From the NCBI GenBank assembly GCA_036172245.1, contig JAYWIR010000014.1, positions 2,604,001 to 2,668,000 on the forward strand: a stretch of 64,000 nt of DNA, read 5' to 3'. Each line of letters starts with the position of its first letter. Within the stretch, counting starts at the first letter, position 1. Source of the DNA: Raillietiella orientalis. Taxonomy: Eukaryota. The notes below the pieces were generated by a model, which saw only the letters and a list, made by a program, of their open reading frames with translations, searched no databases and was not told the origin of the DNA. Shown here in pieces: positions 22,701 through 37,800 of this stretch. A program made the translations under genes and the position numbers.

Positions 22701-25700
22701 TGGGATTCCAGTATCATAATGGCATAGTGGTCCAAGTGTTCGTGCAAATTGTTCAAACTGTGTACTCTTACAGGTTGATGTGATTATTCTAAAAATAACT
22801 CTTGCTGTGAATGTACAGATCACTGGAATCGGGTTGACTCGGATAATCTTCGAAAGATTGTCTTTTCCCTTTAATCTGTCGGCCTTTCTTTTGAAATTTG
22901 CTTGCTTGTGCGTGGAAAAGCTCCTCTTCCTCGGAAATGTTCGGTCTCTTAATGAAACGGCATTCCTTATCGCTGCTGTAGCAGTTCTTTTGCAGTTTGA
23001 TCTTCGGGGTCCATTATCTTTGTTATAACATTTATTTCCCAGAGTTGAGGTACAACACACATCATTACAGAAAAGCGTGAAAACACGATAAAAAAAAAAA
23101 AAGTGCGGCAAATTTGTTTTTCAGTGTGTTAGAAGGCTGTTCGCATACTTTTCCATCATTAATAAATGAATTGTATGCTGCTATGAGTTTCTTTTATTAT
23201 GCAAGCAAGAAAAGTTCTTGGTAACATTAATTAATGCTTTAGCGAGAGTCTGATCCACCCGTGTGATGTGAAACGCATCTTTCGATAGTCCATCTGAGAC
23301 ACTATCATCTCAGAGCAGCATCCCCCTTTGCATCCAACCACTTACGTTTTTCTTGTATCTTGCATCATCTTTCCATACCTAATTTTGTGGTTTTCTCATC
23401 ACGTGTGTGTATGCAGTAATTTCACATGCATCAACATCGAGCTGATGATGCCTTTATAGCCATAGCCGCTTTAGAAACTAGGTTAAAATTAATTATTTGA
23501 ATTCTTAACGAACCGGTCGAAATGGGTTTATTGCTAATTTTGTAATTGCACATATTCGCCACGAATAAAATAGGAGAGTTCGTTTTTGTAAATAATCCTT
23601 CGGTAAAACCTGTGTAAAGAAGATGCGAAAAATCGCATAGATGTTGAGTATCCGAATCACAGTTCGTGGCAAACATCTCTAGTGCTAATGAAACTGCTAA
23701 TGAAGAAAGGACCATCTTCATTATCATCGTCATTAACTCCTGGTTGCGTTTTCGTAACTTTGAATTTCATCGTGATGGAAAATTCGTCGCTGGTGCATCG
23801 CATTGCTGAGAGATATTTGAGGGAGGGGGGAGGGATGCATTGCCCAGCGTGGAAATGCCGTTATTTTATGGCCTCTCCCTTTTTTGCGTATAAATAAATT
23901 TGAGTGAACGTTTGCAACTTGAGATCATTGTAAATCTATGGTTACGTGAGAGTGCCTTCATTCTTCATCAGTTTAGACGAGTAAAGCAACATATAGCATC
24001 TGTCGTGCTAGTTTCACACTCGGAATCGCCATGTTGTCCCATGTCATTATTTCCTTCTAAATTTTGGACCATTCATCTTTCCTTATCCAGATTTGCTTCG
24101 GCTGTATTGGAATCAAGACATGAGTAAAACTGTGTTCCGAAACACAAATAAGATCCGCTTGCCATCTGAAATTAAACGCTAAAACAGAAAGACTCTACAA
24201 AAGATGCCGTACGTGAAGAGGCCTTGCTCAGATTTCAAACATCCTTTGCTAGAATTCAACCAGTATGTTTTTCTCTGATGCGATCAGCATTGAGATGTGA
24301 TCATTTTATCAAATTCTTACTTTCTTTCTTTTTTTGCATAGCGTTTGGTATTCACTGCACCGTTGCAGCTCCAAATCATCATCGTGAATCTCTGTGCTGT
24401 GGTCAGATGATATCTGCATTCTTAGAAAGTGCAATAGCTTCTTGCTCAATAGCTTTTGATAGGGCTTGCGTTTTTTCGTGCGTAAACAAATGTTTAGACT
24501 CTAGATAAGCAAAGAAGCATTTGTTGATCGAAAACTGCCACCAACTTAGGAAAAGCACACACACACATAACTCATCCCTTATCAAAACAGGTCACAAACT
24601 TTGCAATCCAGAATGCATCATTTGGGGAGTCTTTCTGTTGATACATTTGAGTCTCACGCTGTACTTTTATAGTAGTCTATATTTTTGCGGTGTTTTCTTC
24701 CCTTTTTTTTTTTTTTTTTTTTTTTTTACTGTACAAGTATATGTGCAAACCGATTTTTGGTTTTAGGAATGCCTTTGCTATTTGCATTATTATGATTTCC
24801 ATTTCTTCTTTTTTACTTCGTATTCATAATCTTTCTCCCCACAATCGTTTCATCCATTTCTCAAGAAAAGGGTTGATATTAGGGGACTACAGCACCAGTG
24901 CCTATTTTTGCTTGAACTTCTTCTGCTGTGATTAGTCATTTCTATGGCACGTGTGCATATAAATTATGCGTAGGATATTATTTTCTTGCCTGCATGTTGT
25001 GAAATATATGTGTTATGAATACATAAGTACATGTTCACACATCTTCTGGAATACGTACAGGAATTCTACTCTATGTAGAATAAATCACCTTACTTATACG
25101 TGAATTTGTATGGTTTCTTGGGCATTCACCTTATTGTACGTGTAGATGCTTTCACGACCGTACGGTTTTGGTGTGCAGTGGGTAATCGCTGCCATCCGAC
25201 GTCGGATCCGGCACGAGGCCCTCGACGCACATGCAAACGGCCGAGTGCGTTTTGTGATTTTGGGGGCCTCTGGGAGGCACGGGTTGCGAATTGCTGTTGA
25301 GAATTACATACTTCTCGGAATTCGAAATTGGGAAAAATTGCATGCGTTTCCGGAAGTACACACATGTACGTGTGTAGACCGAACATGGCAAACATGGATC
25401 CAATACGTTCGATTTCCTTCTCACGTTTCCGTAAATTCGTATTGTGCATACGGCGTGATGCTTGCTATTCTCTTTTGTTGTTACTCGGACGCAAAATCAA
25501 ATGTCGCGATCGAATTTTTTGAAATGATCACCCCCCCCCCCCCTCCGAAAAAAAAAAATAAAGAAAATCCTTGGTATGTTTGTCATCCTTGTTTTGCAGT
25601 GTTGACAACCACGTTCGTTGTGCTGCGTTGCGTTCGACCATCGTGTGAGCGTCCTTTGAGGAGAAGCAGAAGTTTTGATTTACAGAATTTTTTCAGCCAC

Positions 25701-25891
25701 TCTGAAGTTTCGTTGCTGGCGTGTGTGGTGGTCCTGGCCTCAAGTTGTCCCTAGCGTTTTCATGATTACAAAATACGTACAGAATGCTTATGCCACCATA
25801 GTGTTAGGAACCTCACATCCTCGTTTTCCAGTGTGGATTCCAAGCTGACATGCATTTCTTCATTTTCAGGTCCGTTCTGCTCTCCGGAATT

Positions 25892-28800
25892 ATGTTCCTC
25901 ATCTCACTACTCATGCTCGAAGTGTTGCAAACAGTGATGTGTAACGAGGACGTAAACAGCTACAATGTGGTTCAGAAAGGTGTCTGAAAATGCCAGAATG
26001 TACTTTGGATCAGAAATCCATCAAATAAGCCCTTAGATAATAATAATTTTAAGATGAACAATTGGTTTAATCAGCAGCATAACAGAAATTTCAAGTGTGT
26101 TTGCAGTTCTGTAATTAAGTCTCCCGCTAACAGTCTATTAAGTTTTTTAATGTGTTTTCTTCTCTGTGGATTTTCCCTATGTTGGCCAAATAATATTGTT
26201 CCGAAGGTTTCTGTTTGGTATGGTAAGTTTAACTTATGTTTACTAAACATTTTCAGAAATTTTTATCCGTATGTTTCCATTTAGTTTACCATTATCATGG
26301 TTATTTTAATTGGTAATTTGCACATTCTTTGAAATCGCCTATCTTTGTGGGTTAATATGAAAGCGTGAAATGATGTGAAAATGCATTTCAAGTGTGTAGT
26401 CGTTAATTACGCATGTTTTAGAAAATCAGGAGAATGCAATGTTTGTGATGTTCAAAGGTTTTTCATCAAATGGATGTTGCATGTATTGTGCTGCTTATTT
26501 TATAAAAATGCCTAAACCGTGATTTATATGCCCTTGTTATGTACCATCGCCTAAAAATTTGAATATTCAAATTTTCATATTGCAGTAAATACACATTCAT
26601 TCCGCATAGGAAATGCATGCAATGATCTTGAGTTTTTAGCATGCAGACGTTATGCCAAACGTTGGTTTTTATTTTGAACTAATCTTTACAAAAGGTAATT
26701 CATTACGTAGGAGACTGGTATACACTTTGTATAAGTACCTCTGTATCCGTATCTCTTCGTTTATAAACATTGAGAGTGTTCAAGTTTCTCAACCTTTGGA
26801 GTATCTCAATCATTTTGAATTTCCAGGGTATATGATTATTATTGTTGCATCAGAAGGCGCTTTTGTTTCCAAAGAACTGTTGTGTTTTACATAATAACGA
26901 TAGTGCTAATGCTTCCGAACTGAAAAATGTGTAAAGCTAAACAAACTGAACTGTTTCAATATTTATACGTGTATCACGAATTCCAGAAAATGGCATATGT
27001 GTATTTCATCAGTATCTGTAATATTATGTACACTCATGAACAATCAAAATTAGAATTGTTAAGGTAAAAGATTAAGAAACTTGAAAAAATTAAAGGATAA
27101 AATGTTTGTTAACAAAGTAGGGGTTACAGTGAAATGATATTTATATAGTAAGGATAAAGTATTCGTGTATTAAGAATAATATTGTAGGGCTTCATATAGT
27201 CCATGTGAATGTTCATTTCCAGAGATCTGTAGAAAGACCCTTGCGAACAAAAGCATCAAAAATAGTATTAAAAGATTTTTCAAGCCATTTGCATTGGTGA
27301 TTTTCAAAGAAGGATTACTGCAAGGAATATCATGAAGTCTCAGTTTATTCTAAACTAATTGCTTGACAAAAATTTATTCAAAACAATGATCTCTTTAATG
27401 AAGTTTAAAATTGTTCATAAGTTGAAGGAGCTGTACAGTAAGCATGCAAAAGACATATTCAAACATTTCCTGACATGCATCTTGTAATTTCTTTATAAAT
27501 AAACAAGATGCCTGCATATTTTCTATCGAGAGAGGCTCATATGGATAATGACTAACCACATAAGCTCATATTAGAGTACAGATGTTTTGGAAATTCAATC
27601 CACTTGCATTGGTCATAAAATCTTATGCTGTTATTGTGTGCTTGTATTCTCTAAGCATTTGCAACTAATTGTGAGAAAAATTGCAGTGTTGTGAATATGA
27701 GTTGCTCAAGGGTTCTGGAAACTGACTGCATAAAACTGTTACATTTGAGGACTTAAAAAGACTTTCATTGAGGGAATGATGAAATTGCAAGTGTTTTTCA
27801 GCAATATAAATAGTAATTTGTGACAATAATAATGTAATCCTAAGAATTGCAATTTTAAGTTTTTTTAAAATATTCATTAGATGCATGGAAGCCTTCTGAA
27901 CTGCAAATGTTGGGAAGCATGGATACTAATGAGATTACATTTAAAAAGGAGTCCAAGGAATGCAGTCTAGAATGTAGACGTGATTAATTTTCTAAAATTA
28001 TTAAAAACTTGATCTGCAAAAACTGAAAGACGGATTGAAAATTAATTTGCCATTCAAGAAATTAAAAAAGATGTGATGTCAGCAGAATTTGCTATCCGAA
28101 CTTCGTAAAATGCTATATTATCAAAAACAGTGAAAGAAAAAAAAAATCAGTGTATCACTCTAGGAAATGTGAAAATGTAACTTTAGGCACTTTAACATCA
28201 GTTTAAACAAGTCAGTATAAAACTCACAACAATATAAGAGAAAAAATTGCAAAATCTGTTCTGAGAAGGTACAGATAAATACTCACTACGTTTTTAAGTT
28301 TTTCATTCCCTCTGCATTGATGTTTTCTTACAAACCATCTGTCTGTAGATGTTTTTTTTGCTAGTTTAGGATTTCTGTTGTGAAGGACACCAAATTGCAT
28401 ACTACTGTGCGTTAATTGTATCTTATCTATTGATGACCAAGATAAATCAAGTAGCAATTTGAAATTTGATTGGTTTCATTTGTTAAGAGTTAATACAACT
28501 TGTCTTGTCTGGTTAATTTTTTTTTTTAATCATTCCTTTTTTTCTGCATACCTATAATGTCTTGCAACACAGAGGCATTTATATGACAGCTAAGCCAGTT
28601 TTTTGTGGATGTTGTAAATTCATAAAAGCCTTGAGATCAATCATGCAAGTTTATTTTGTTTGCGTAATTGCTTTCAATACTTTACTTGACCATGTTCGCA
28701 CTTATTGTGGACACACATATTTCCATAAAGATTTTGTTTGTCTCTATGTTTGTACAATTTTACACTTAATATTTGTAGTATGCATATTTTTATCAATAGG

Positions 28801-31800
28801 ATACAGAAACTGAAAAATGAATTTCAGAAATTGTTGTATATCACAATGAAAGAAGTGGTATACCATGTTAGTTTCCTGAATTCCTTTTACATGTAGTACA
28901 TGTAAAAACAAATGGAGTAATCATTTGGTGTCTCTTGAATTCGAATAATAGATTCTGGTGAAGAGCATGCTGATTTTGGAGATGAAATGAAAAATAAATT
29001 CCAGGCACCTGCAATGCTTACATTACATCGAACAGGCAAAATACCAATTGGTAAATGTAAAGTTTTCACAAAGCAAGTAAAAAATCAATAAAACGCCTGC
29101 ATGAAAATAGCTGTGGATTCTGTCTCATAGTATGCCTGTTTAAAATCAGTTTGTGAAATATATCATGAGTAATTGCATGCCTGATAGTCCTGCAGCAGAC
29201 TTTTTCGAAAACATAACAGTTTGTGCCACCACAGTGATTCCATGTTCCTTGATTTGAGAAGCAGGAAAATGAGTTGCTTCCATTTATTGAACTCCACACA
29301 TGGATGTCATTCCTGAACAGCAGAAAACTTTAGCAAAGTTGTTTCTGGGTATCCCTGTGCTCAAGCATGGAATGTATAAGCATATTGTATGGTTGACATT
29401 TATAAATGATGATATCCTGAAATTTCATTTCCATAATCACAAAATTTATATAGTATTAAAAATGCTTTGCCAGATTTGTGTATATTCTTCAGTGTGAAAA
29501 AAGAATACCGATAGAGGTTTGGGGTTGCTACTTTGAACAAGAAGAAATGAAAAATATATTCTATAGTCTGAGGACCAAGGGAGAAAAGTACTGTGGATTC
29601 CATTTCACACAGTTTTCATTTGTGGGTAATTCCTAATATTTAATGAAGCATCGGAATATTGGGTGAATATGTTATTAGCTGAGGAAGAGAACCTAAGTAA
29701 GCATCCAAGTTTAAAAGTTAACAGAGGATTGGCAGTTCAGAGACTGCAGGGTTCGGGAGGACCCGCAGTACTAACATCTGTGAAGTTGGCATACACCCTG
29801 GCAGTAATAAACTGGACACATTTCTGATTCTATAGAAGATTCAAGCTGATTGTAACTTCAGCTAAATTCGCATTATGTATTCTTATTTTCCCTAATTGTG
29901 TCGTTTCTAAATCTAAGTGAGAACTTTGATTTCGCGCAGTTCGGAATTCGTTTCCTCAATGGCTGACAGCAAGCTGATGCCAGGTTTTCGAACTAAGGAT
30001 TAAAAAAGGGGTGGGTGGGGGTATAGAGTCGCCACGTTGAGATCGTTTATCGAAAATAAGAACATCAAACACATTGTCTTTAGATTTCGAGTTCAGATCT
30101 CTCTTCGAAATCGTGAACATGTTGAGAGTGTGACTGAAGTCTTTCGTTAGATCGTCTGTGGTGTCATCAAGTGATTGGTTTCCTCCTTTCAATCCGGTCG
30201 CAATCATCATCCGTTTTGCAAGGAAGAACATTCAAGTGTGTAGTGCGTTCAGATGTGAAGGTATATTCATGAACTGCAGGCATAGTTTAACTTTACAGCG
30301 AAAGCAGAGGCGAAAGTGGAAAGTTTTTGCTTGCCTGTGATGGTCAGGGAAATAGCACACTTTGTTTGTCCAAAGGTTCCTGCCGTTCTTTCGATGGACA
30401 CAGGGCCGTTCAAAAGAGATAGATGGAACCAAAAAGAAAAATTACCTGTCGGTGCTACTCTCTGTTAATCTTATGGAAGAGCATCTAAAATTGATTCGGT
30501 TTGCGACTCTGTACAGGGATATTTTCTTTGCAATCTTCTTCCAAGAGCAGCTCAGTGTTGAGAAGCAGCAAAATCTTCCAAAAAAGCCTCTCTGATTTTT
30601 TCTAATAGGTAAAAGGGTTTGCAGCCGAAATGAAAAGATTTGAACTTACTTCCTTGTGCACAGTGGTTCTTTCGTGCACGAGTTGCCAGGATGTCTGTGT
30701 TGTTTTTTGCTTACATGCCTGTGGATTTCAATGGACGTCGTCTTACATCTGGTAACGCTGCACGCTGTAAGTTTCTGCGTGCTTCCAGGAACTGCTGTGG
30801 ACATGGGAAGAGTTCGAGGTTTCGTTTTAACGAATACCGAATGAATTGGGCACCTCAGAACGAGTTGAAATGTTGCCAAGTCCAAGTTTTCTTTTTGTGA
30901 TGTAGTGCATAAGCATGCATACACAGTGTATCAGCAACTGTCGTACCCTCGCGTTCGTTATGAGTGAATTCAGTACGAAGTTTGGTTTTGCGTTGGTGGT
31001 GTTTTCTTTTTCTTTTTTACCATTATTATTATCATGAAATTTCGTGCTTCTTTTGCGAAATTGGTTTCCTGGCACGTTTTGTTGTTTTAAAGACTCATTC
31101 AGTGCTCAGACTCGTTAAATTGTATAGCACATCACTGCCCAACTCTTTAAAGCAAACAGAGGTTATTAAAATTTCGTTGTTTCCCGTAGAAGATGACGAG
31201 TTGCAAGTATTCCAAGCTAATGACACTTGGCCCAATTATTTTCGGCGTGTTGTTATAATTGGTGATTACTTTCTTATAGGGGCAAGGTACGTGCGTGTTT
31301 TGATCTTTATTCTTTCACTCTGATGTTTGCTCTTTTAGGAATTGCGTTTACAACGTCAGCGTGTTTGACTTGTCCGAAAAGCAGGTTGGTTTGGGGGGGG
31401 GGGGGGATGACTTCATTCGTTATTATAGTTTTCTTGTTTTTCTCTTCCTTTTAGAGAATCGAATGGTCTCCGTCTCATCAGAATAAGGCTGACTGTGAGA
31501 TGAAAGGAAAATCAGAGGTAGTATGCCAAATTTTATCAGAAATGTCATGGTCTTCCACAAGAGCTTGTGCTCTTGTAGAATGTCAAACTCGGCATTACGT
31601 TGCTTGCCGAGCTTACTTTTGAGTTGAGCTATGTAATTTAATTCGCACACTCAATTCGGGTGTTTGCTTAGTGGTAGATAGAATAATGGAAAGTCAATAA
31701 GTGCCTTTTGTCATCGATGCATTCTCCGAAAAAGAAAAAGTTGAACGGAATTCTCAGCCTCTTATGACCCCGAGCAGTCAATATGTTAATGATCAAGTCG

Positions 31801-34800
31801 CTAGGTTTTATGAAAGTAGACTATGTTTTAATGTTATATTAGAATTCAAGATGCTTTATTATTCAATTTTGCTCCTACTGAATAATTATCATGATGATTT
31901 AATTTGCCAACTCTATCCCTTAAAGTAATGATAGTCAATTGTTTTTCCATGGTTTCCGATCTTAAGTGAAAACTGCGTGACCAGTAAACGCATACCAATG
32001 CCTTTACTACTTAAATCAGTGAGTGTCAGGTCTTATCTTTTTTTTTGGGGGGGGGGGGACCCCGTTGTTCATTATTTTTATCGTTTTTACCATGTCGAAA
32101 CGTGATTTTCTTGCAGAAAAACGGAGTCAGATCTTTGATTTCTCAAGCGCTTCTCATAACACTTGCACTGCCTTCCATCTGCCACAGTTTTCCTCAGCAC
32201 CCAATAAGGCAGAAGTGCAAATTGAATTTTCAGACAGAGACTCACGTACATCTACATACTATGTAAAACATTGTATTAATATATTGATGAATATTTTCTC
32301 TAATTTGCGGCACAATGGGAACTTCTAACACAGATGCAGCTTACAATTTCCCGAAGCATGCTTTTCATAAGTGAAGCTGTTCTTCAGTGAATATCCGTGT
32401 GCCTCCACCATACGAGAGCAGACCTTAAAAAACCATCATGGATACTTTATGGTGGTTATAGATTTGCTCAGAGGTAATATACACTCAGGTTAATCAGCAG
32501 TTTAAAAGCTACGAATCTTAATCTCAGCAAAGATTATGGTACGCAAATCAGTATTTTGAATGCAAAAAATGCTTAGTTTCCTGGTGGTAATAAAATCCGA
32601 GCAACTTGTAACAGCTCACATATATCCCCCAAACAGCCAAATAAATGTCATTAACAGCGTTTACTGCTTGCAAAATGTTCATTGCATTCATTGGGGCTGC
32701 GGAACGATATGTACGCAAACCATGTTGATTTTCTAGTTCATTGGAAACAAAGAAAAAGAGAGAGAGAAAAAAAAACGATATTTGGTACATAAGAAAACTG
32801 AGATCAGGAAAGAAAAAGATTATTGTGATGTGTCGTACTCAAACCAAGCACCATCTCCAAGACATAGTAAATACTCATCAGCAATAAAAAGAATCTTGAG
32901 ATTTTTTTTCTTTTCCCGATTCTTGCATTTCATCTTACACTTGAAAGTCGACACACGAGACCATTGAGCTGTTCGCAGAACAGTCTTATCACAGTATATG
33001 TAGTTCAAAGAGCCTGTGGTCAAATTAAGGCCAGAGCATAGTTAGTCAGCTGGTTAAAATTTTATAATCCTTTGCTATGAAAGCCATCCACGACCGATTC
33101 AAGCAGAACGCGAAACTGTGAATGCCACTGGGCACTGGTAGAAGTAAGCTACCGGTCGTGCCCGGGAGCCCCAGCACACTTCTGTTCCGTAATTCTACAC
33201 GTCCGTTTTGACCCAGTTGTCCAGAAGCCAAACGAAATGATTTTTTTTTGTAAACCTGGTTTCATCTTCTGTTCCGCTGTGATTGCTTTTTCGCGGCCGT
33301 TTATATCCGTAGTGTGATAAATAGGGGAAGGCCAAACGTGAAGTCAAGGTTGCAGGTAGCCGATTCGATTAAGTTGTTTAAATTGCTACTTGATCGGAAA
33401 CCTATCCTGTGGTCTTTCCACGCGAACCGCGAGATGATTCGTGAGGACACGCCTTTCATGAAGGGAAGGCAGCGTGATGAAAGTGAACCCTTACTCGGCC
33501 AAGTGTAAAGTCGGTTTTCGTCGCCCTCTGTGCTGCCCTTCTTCTTCCCTCTTCTGAAATCTGAAAGCTCCGTGTGCAGGAAGTGAAGCAGAATGTAAAG
33601 AGGATGCGTGTGTGTGTTCCAGCAAGAGTGCGAGAATTACATTCGCGTGTTGCTGTTGAAAGAAAATGGGAGGATTTTCGTCTGTGGAACCAACGCTTTC
33701 AAACCGATGTGCAGGATTTATGGATTTCAGGTAGCCCATAGCGTGAACCATTCTTCCTTTTTTTTTTTTTTTTCATCTAAAAATATGTTTAGGACTCCGA
33801 GTACATCTTAGTTGAAGAAATTATGGGAAACGGTATTTGTCCCTATGATCCCTACTACAACAGCACGGCTCTGCTTACTGGTAACCAAACCTTTTATTTT
33901 CAAAGAAAATTACAGTCAGTGATCGCGTCTTACCGATTTTGATCACATGTCGTCGTATCTATTATGTAGAATCTAGAATAGTAGAAAATCTCTCATTATT
34001 TACAGTCTTAGCACCAAAGCATGATGGTCAGGTGAAAGTGGTGGTTTGCATACTTTCCATGATTTCAGATGGAGCCCTTTATGCTGCGACGGCAGCTGAC
34101 TTTTCTGGCAATGATCCACTGATATACAAGCAAACTGAGCAGTTTAAGTTACGAACTGAAATATCCGACTTCAAACATTTTAATGGTAAGGATGTTGACT
34201 GTGCATGTACAAGAGTGCCTGTCCCCCGGTTGGGGTGGTGGTTTTTGCCCAAGTCGTTTTGTCGGAAGTACATTTTTAATGGGAAAATGTGGTCAAACCC
34301 TGTAATGAATTCCAAAAAATGCGAACCCAATATCAGTGGATTACTCACGTATTCAACATTCTTGATATTTGTTTGCATGCAAATGCATTCATTCCTTGCA
34401 TGCTGTTCTCAAACTGTCAACTGCGTTCTTAGCTTTTTGAAATGAATTTCAGCTCCAGACTTCGTCAGCTCTGTAGCTCATGGGGATTTTGTGTTCTTCT
34501 TCTTCCGAGAGATTGCAATAGAATACATAAATTGCGGAAAGGTAAATACTTTTAAAACGGATCGGATTTATTCGTAACAAATCATGTCATATGCAGGCAA
34601 TTTATTCCCGTATAGGAAGAGTTTGCAAGAGAGACATGGGAAGCAGCCATTCGCAAGGACATTGGACGACTTTCCTCAAAGCGAGGCTTAACTGCTCTGT
34701 TCCTGGGGAATTTCCATTCTACTTCAATGAAATACGTGAGATTTTGCGTACCTTACCTATGTGCTTCTTTGACTCCCACCACAATCTGTAAACGGATGTT

Positions 34801-37800
34801 GAGTTGAAAGAACCATTGAATTTTTTTGGTTAAAACGGAAAAGTGAATCGAATAAAGTTGCTGCGTCCAGACGTGTTTCGCGCGCCCCAAGCTCGACAGT
34901 CCTGACCGTCATCCCGAAGTGTCCAGATTTCTTGTTCCCAGCCCATCTCAAAGATCTCGCTCGGTCTTTACACTTTGGCGGTCCAACTGCCGCGTTCAGC
35001 CTCGCTTCGTCGGGCGTAAAAGCGTACGTTCGCCTGAAGACGTGCTGTGGCACCCACGAGGGCGCCGCAGAGTTTCTCCCATCCCAAACGCAGCCGGGAT
35101 CTGCACTTCCGCTGCCTACTTTGAAAAAGTGGAAATTTCTTCGTCGCCCTATATATCATTAAAGTGTTCCATCGTGTAAAGCGTTCCGGTAGGAACCCTG
35201 CATCAGATTCTAACCATTCCCCAGATTGCCAAGCCAAATATGAATGAGTAGTTTCCGTTCTAAGTTTATTTTTTCTTGGAATCGTTTTTTGTTTTCGTTT
35301 TCCGACGTATGTTTTTTCATAGCCAAAAGGGTCGCTTCGCCATCCGTCCATATGAAAAGCTGGAAGTCCCAAGTTTGTGTTCTTCCCTTTAACGGAAACC
35401 GGTTTCAGGATATGAAAATCAGATTTTGAAGGCGTTATTTATCGCGCAGTGCAGTTCTCATCTTCGGTAACGCTCACCTGGAGTCCTGGGGAATTTTCCC
35501 CAGGACTCGCAAGGGAACCGCTCTCCCTTCCACTCTGAAGAGAACCCCGAGTTTTCCCCTCGCCGGGAGGAACAAAGTTTTCAGTAGTTGCTGACGATGC
35601 GTTAACCGATTCCCGTCTCTTACCAGATGTAACTGTCAGTCATGGTAAATCGATATGCACTTTTGTGTGCAAGCACCGAAGGTATCGATATCGTAGTAGG
35701 GAAGTAATGAATTTTATCTGATTAGTTATGAAACATCATTCGTCAGCACACATTCTATTTCCGAGAGCGAAATCCGTCTTTTTTAAAAAAAAAAAGAAAA
35801 AAGAAAGCAGCGAATCTGCTTCATTAGTTATTTTCGGATTTTTTGCGATGGAAAAAAACGATAATCCTGAAAATTTTAATGTTCGTGGTTATGCCCCCTT
35901 TTTCGATGTTTATTCGCTGCATTGGCTCCTTTCTGGTTGAAGCTTCTTCAGTCAGGAAGGTGGTTTGATTTCGTGTTTCATTTGTTTTGTTCCTCTTTAG
36001 AATCATCGTCTCAGGTAGTAGAAGGAGTATACGGAGGGGAATCCAGTTCTCTTGTGTATGCCACTTTTACTACTCCCATGAACAGCATCCCTGGATCAGC
36101 TGTTTGCGCATTTTCCTTGACGGATGTGATGAACGCATTTGAAGGAAGCTTCAAAAAGCAAGAAGGAAGCAACTTCAACTGGCTCCCTGTCCACTTTACC
36201 AAGGTGTGGGTTTCATGAATTTCGAAATTATTTTTTGCCGCTTTTGACTTGCGTCGCCGACGTGCGAATTTGTGCCCAAAACTTCGAATGGCCCGAAACG
36301 TTGGACCCTGCAATCCGTGCTGAATCCTCATCTCTCGCAGCCATACTTGTCCTGTTCCATGAAACTTCTATTTGAAGCATTGAGAAGGAATGAGTCCTGG
36401 AATTCCGTACCATGTTTCCGAAATAATGTAGTTGATTCTCCAGGCCACTTCCACCGCGTGCACACTCGGTTGCTTCTTTCGTTCACGATTCTGTAGGAGG
36501 CGGGAACGAGTGCACACAGTTGGTGCAGAGAATTGCGTACGGTACACGGTTGCGTCTGGAAAGTTGAAAGGCGAGCAGTTCAGCGGAAGTAGAATCCTCT
36601 ACGAGATTGGGGCACGTGGCGTTTGAGGACGTTTTGCCGAACATTTCGATGGCATTCTGTGCGTTCCTGGAACTTCGGAATTGGGAACGGAATCACCTTT
36701 CAAAGTTTCCGTGTGGAAATATTGCGATGGCCTTCTGAGCATGGAATATAATGGTGACCCTAACTAACACTTTGAAAGAATGTAGTAAGTACTGTTGCTC
36801 GGTTCAAATAGTTTCGTACTACCTTCCGTTTCTGTCGAATCACCGGTGTCTTGAAAGGTGGTTTCGTTCGAAACACAAAAGTACTGGCGGCTAAGGAAAC
36901 TGCGAGGATCTCTATGCAGCGAAAGGAAATGCGACAGAATTAAATGTGAACGGAATTTACGGATGACACGGTTGGGAAAACACATAAACCAAACAAAAAA
37001 ATTTCCGCTCTCTTTGAAAGTGGTTCCCATGAAACCCTGTACTCTTGTTCACCTCTCACACCTCTCTAGATGGGGCTAGCCGCCTGCCCTCGTTTCGTTG
37101 TTACAGAAGAACTTCGGGATCGAGAAGGGGTTGCCCGCCTGGAAATGAAGACATTCGTATAGCAGCAGCAGTGTTCGCTCGTCGTACCAGTAAACGGCAT
37201 CACTGCAGGGCTGTTATGTGGTGTACAAGGAAGGCATGATGCAGACGTCCTCGTGTCCGCTTCGTGTAACAGATTTAAATATTCAGCCATCTCGTGGGGG
37301 GACAACGGGTGAAATTAAGGAATCGGCTGCCCATGCAGTGTAAACCACTCCCCCGTACCAGCATACTCCATTTGGTCCCAAACTCTTCCGGAAACTGGAT
37401 TATTGCTATGGATCCTAAAACAAGCGTTGATTGCGAGCGGCACGCTTTCGAAAATTGATAAAACCCCCTTCAAGGAGTGCGATTTTCATTTTCTTTATGC
37501 ATGCTTGCAAGCAGCATCATGAGCTGACTGCAAAGCGTTAAAGGCGTCGAAGGAGCGTATGGTGGTGGACCAGTGGATGTTGCAATGAGTAGTCAGGGTT
37601 TGGGGGAAATGGTGCAGGTGCACTTAACGATTGTGTGGGAAGCATCTCTGCGGCGAGTTTGTAAATTTCACTGACCAGGCGATTTCATATTGGTTCTTTT
37701 CCGGGTAAGCTTACCGTTTAGTAGTCCCATCCCGGCGCTGCGGCGAGAGCTCAATCCGACAATCTGTGTGCTTTCGCAGGGATTTCGGAGGGTTCTTGAA

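Noticed and set aside
22500..23020. Minus-strand ORF pieces vaguely like a BEL/Pao Gag N-terminus
   Set aside because: No diagnostic motif, LTR or pol sequence seen.
26824..29800. cagggtatatg / catacaccctg as paired hAT terminal inverted repeats
   Set aside because: Only a 10/11 match and the flanking 8-mers differ, so the pairing is unsupported.
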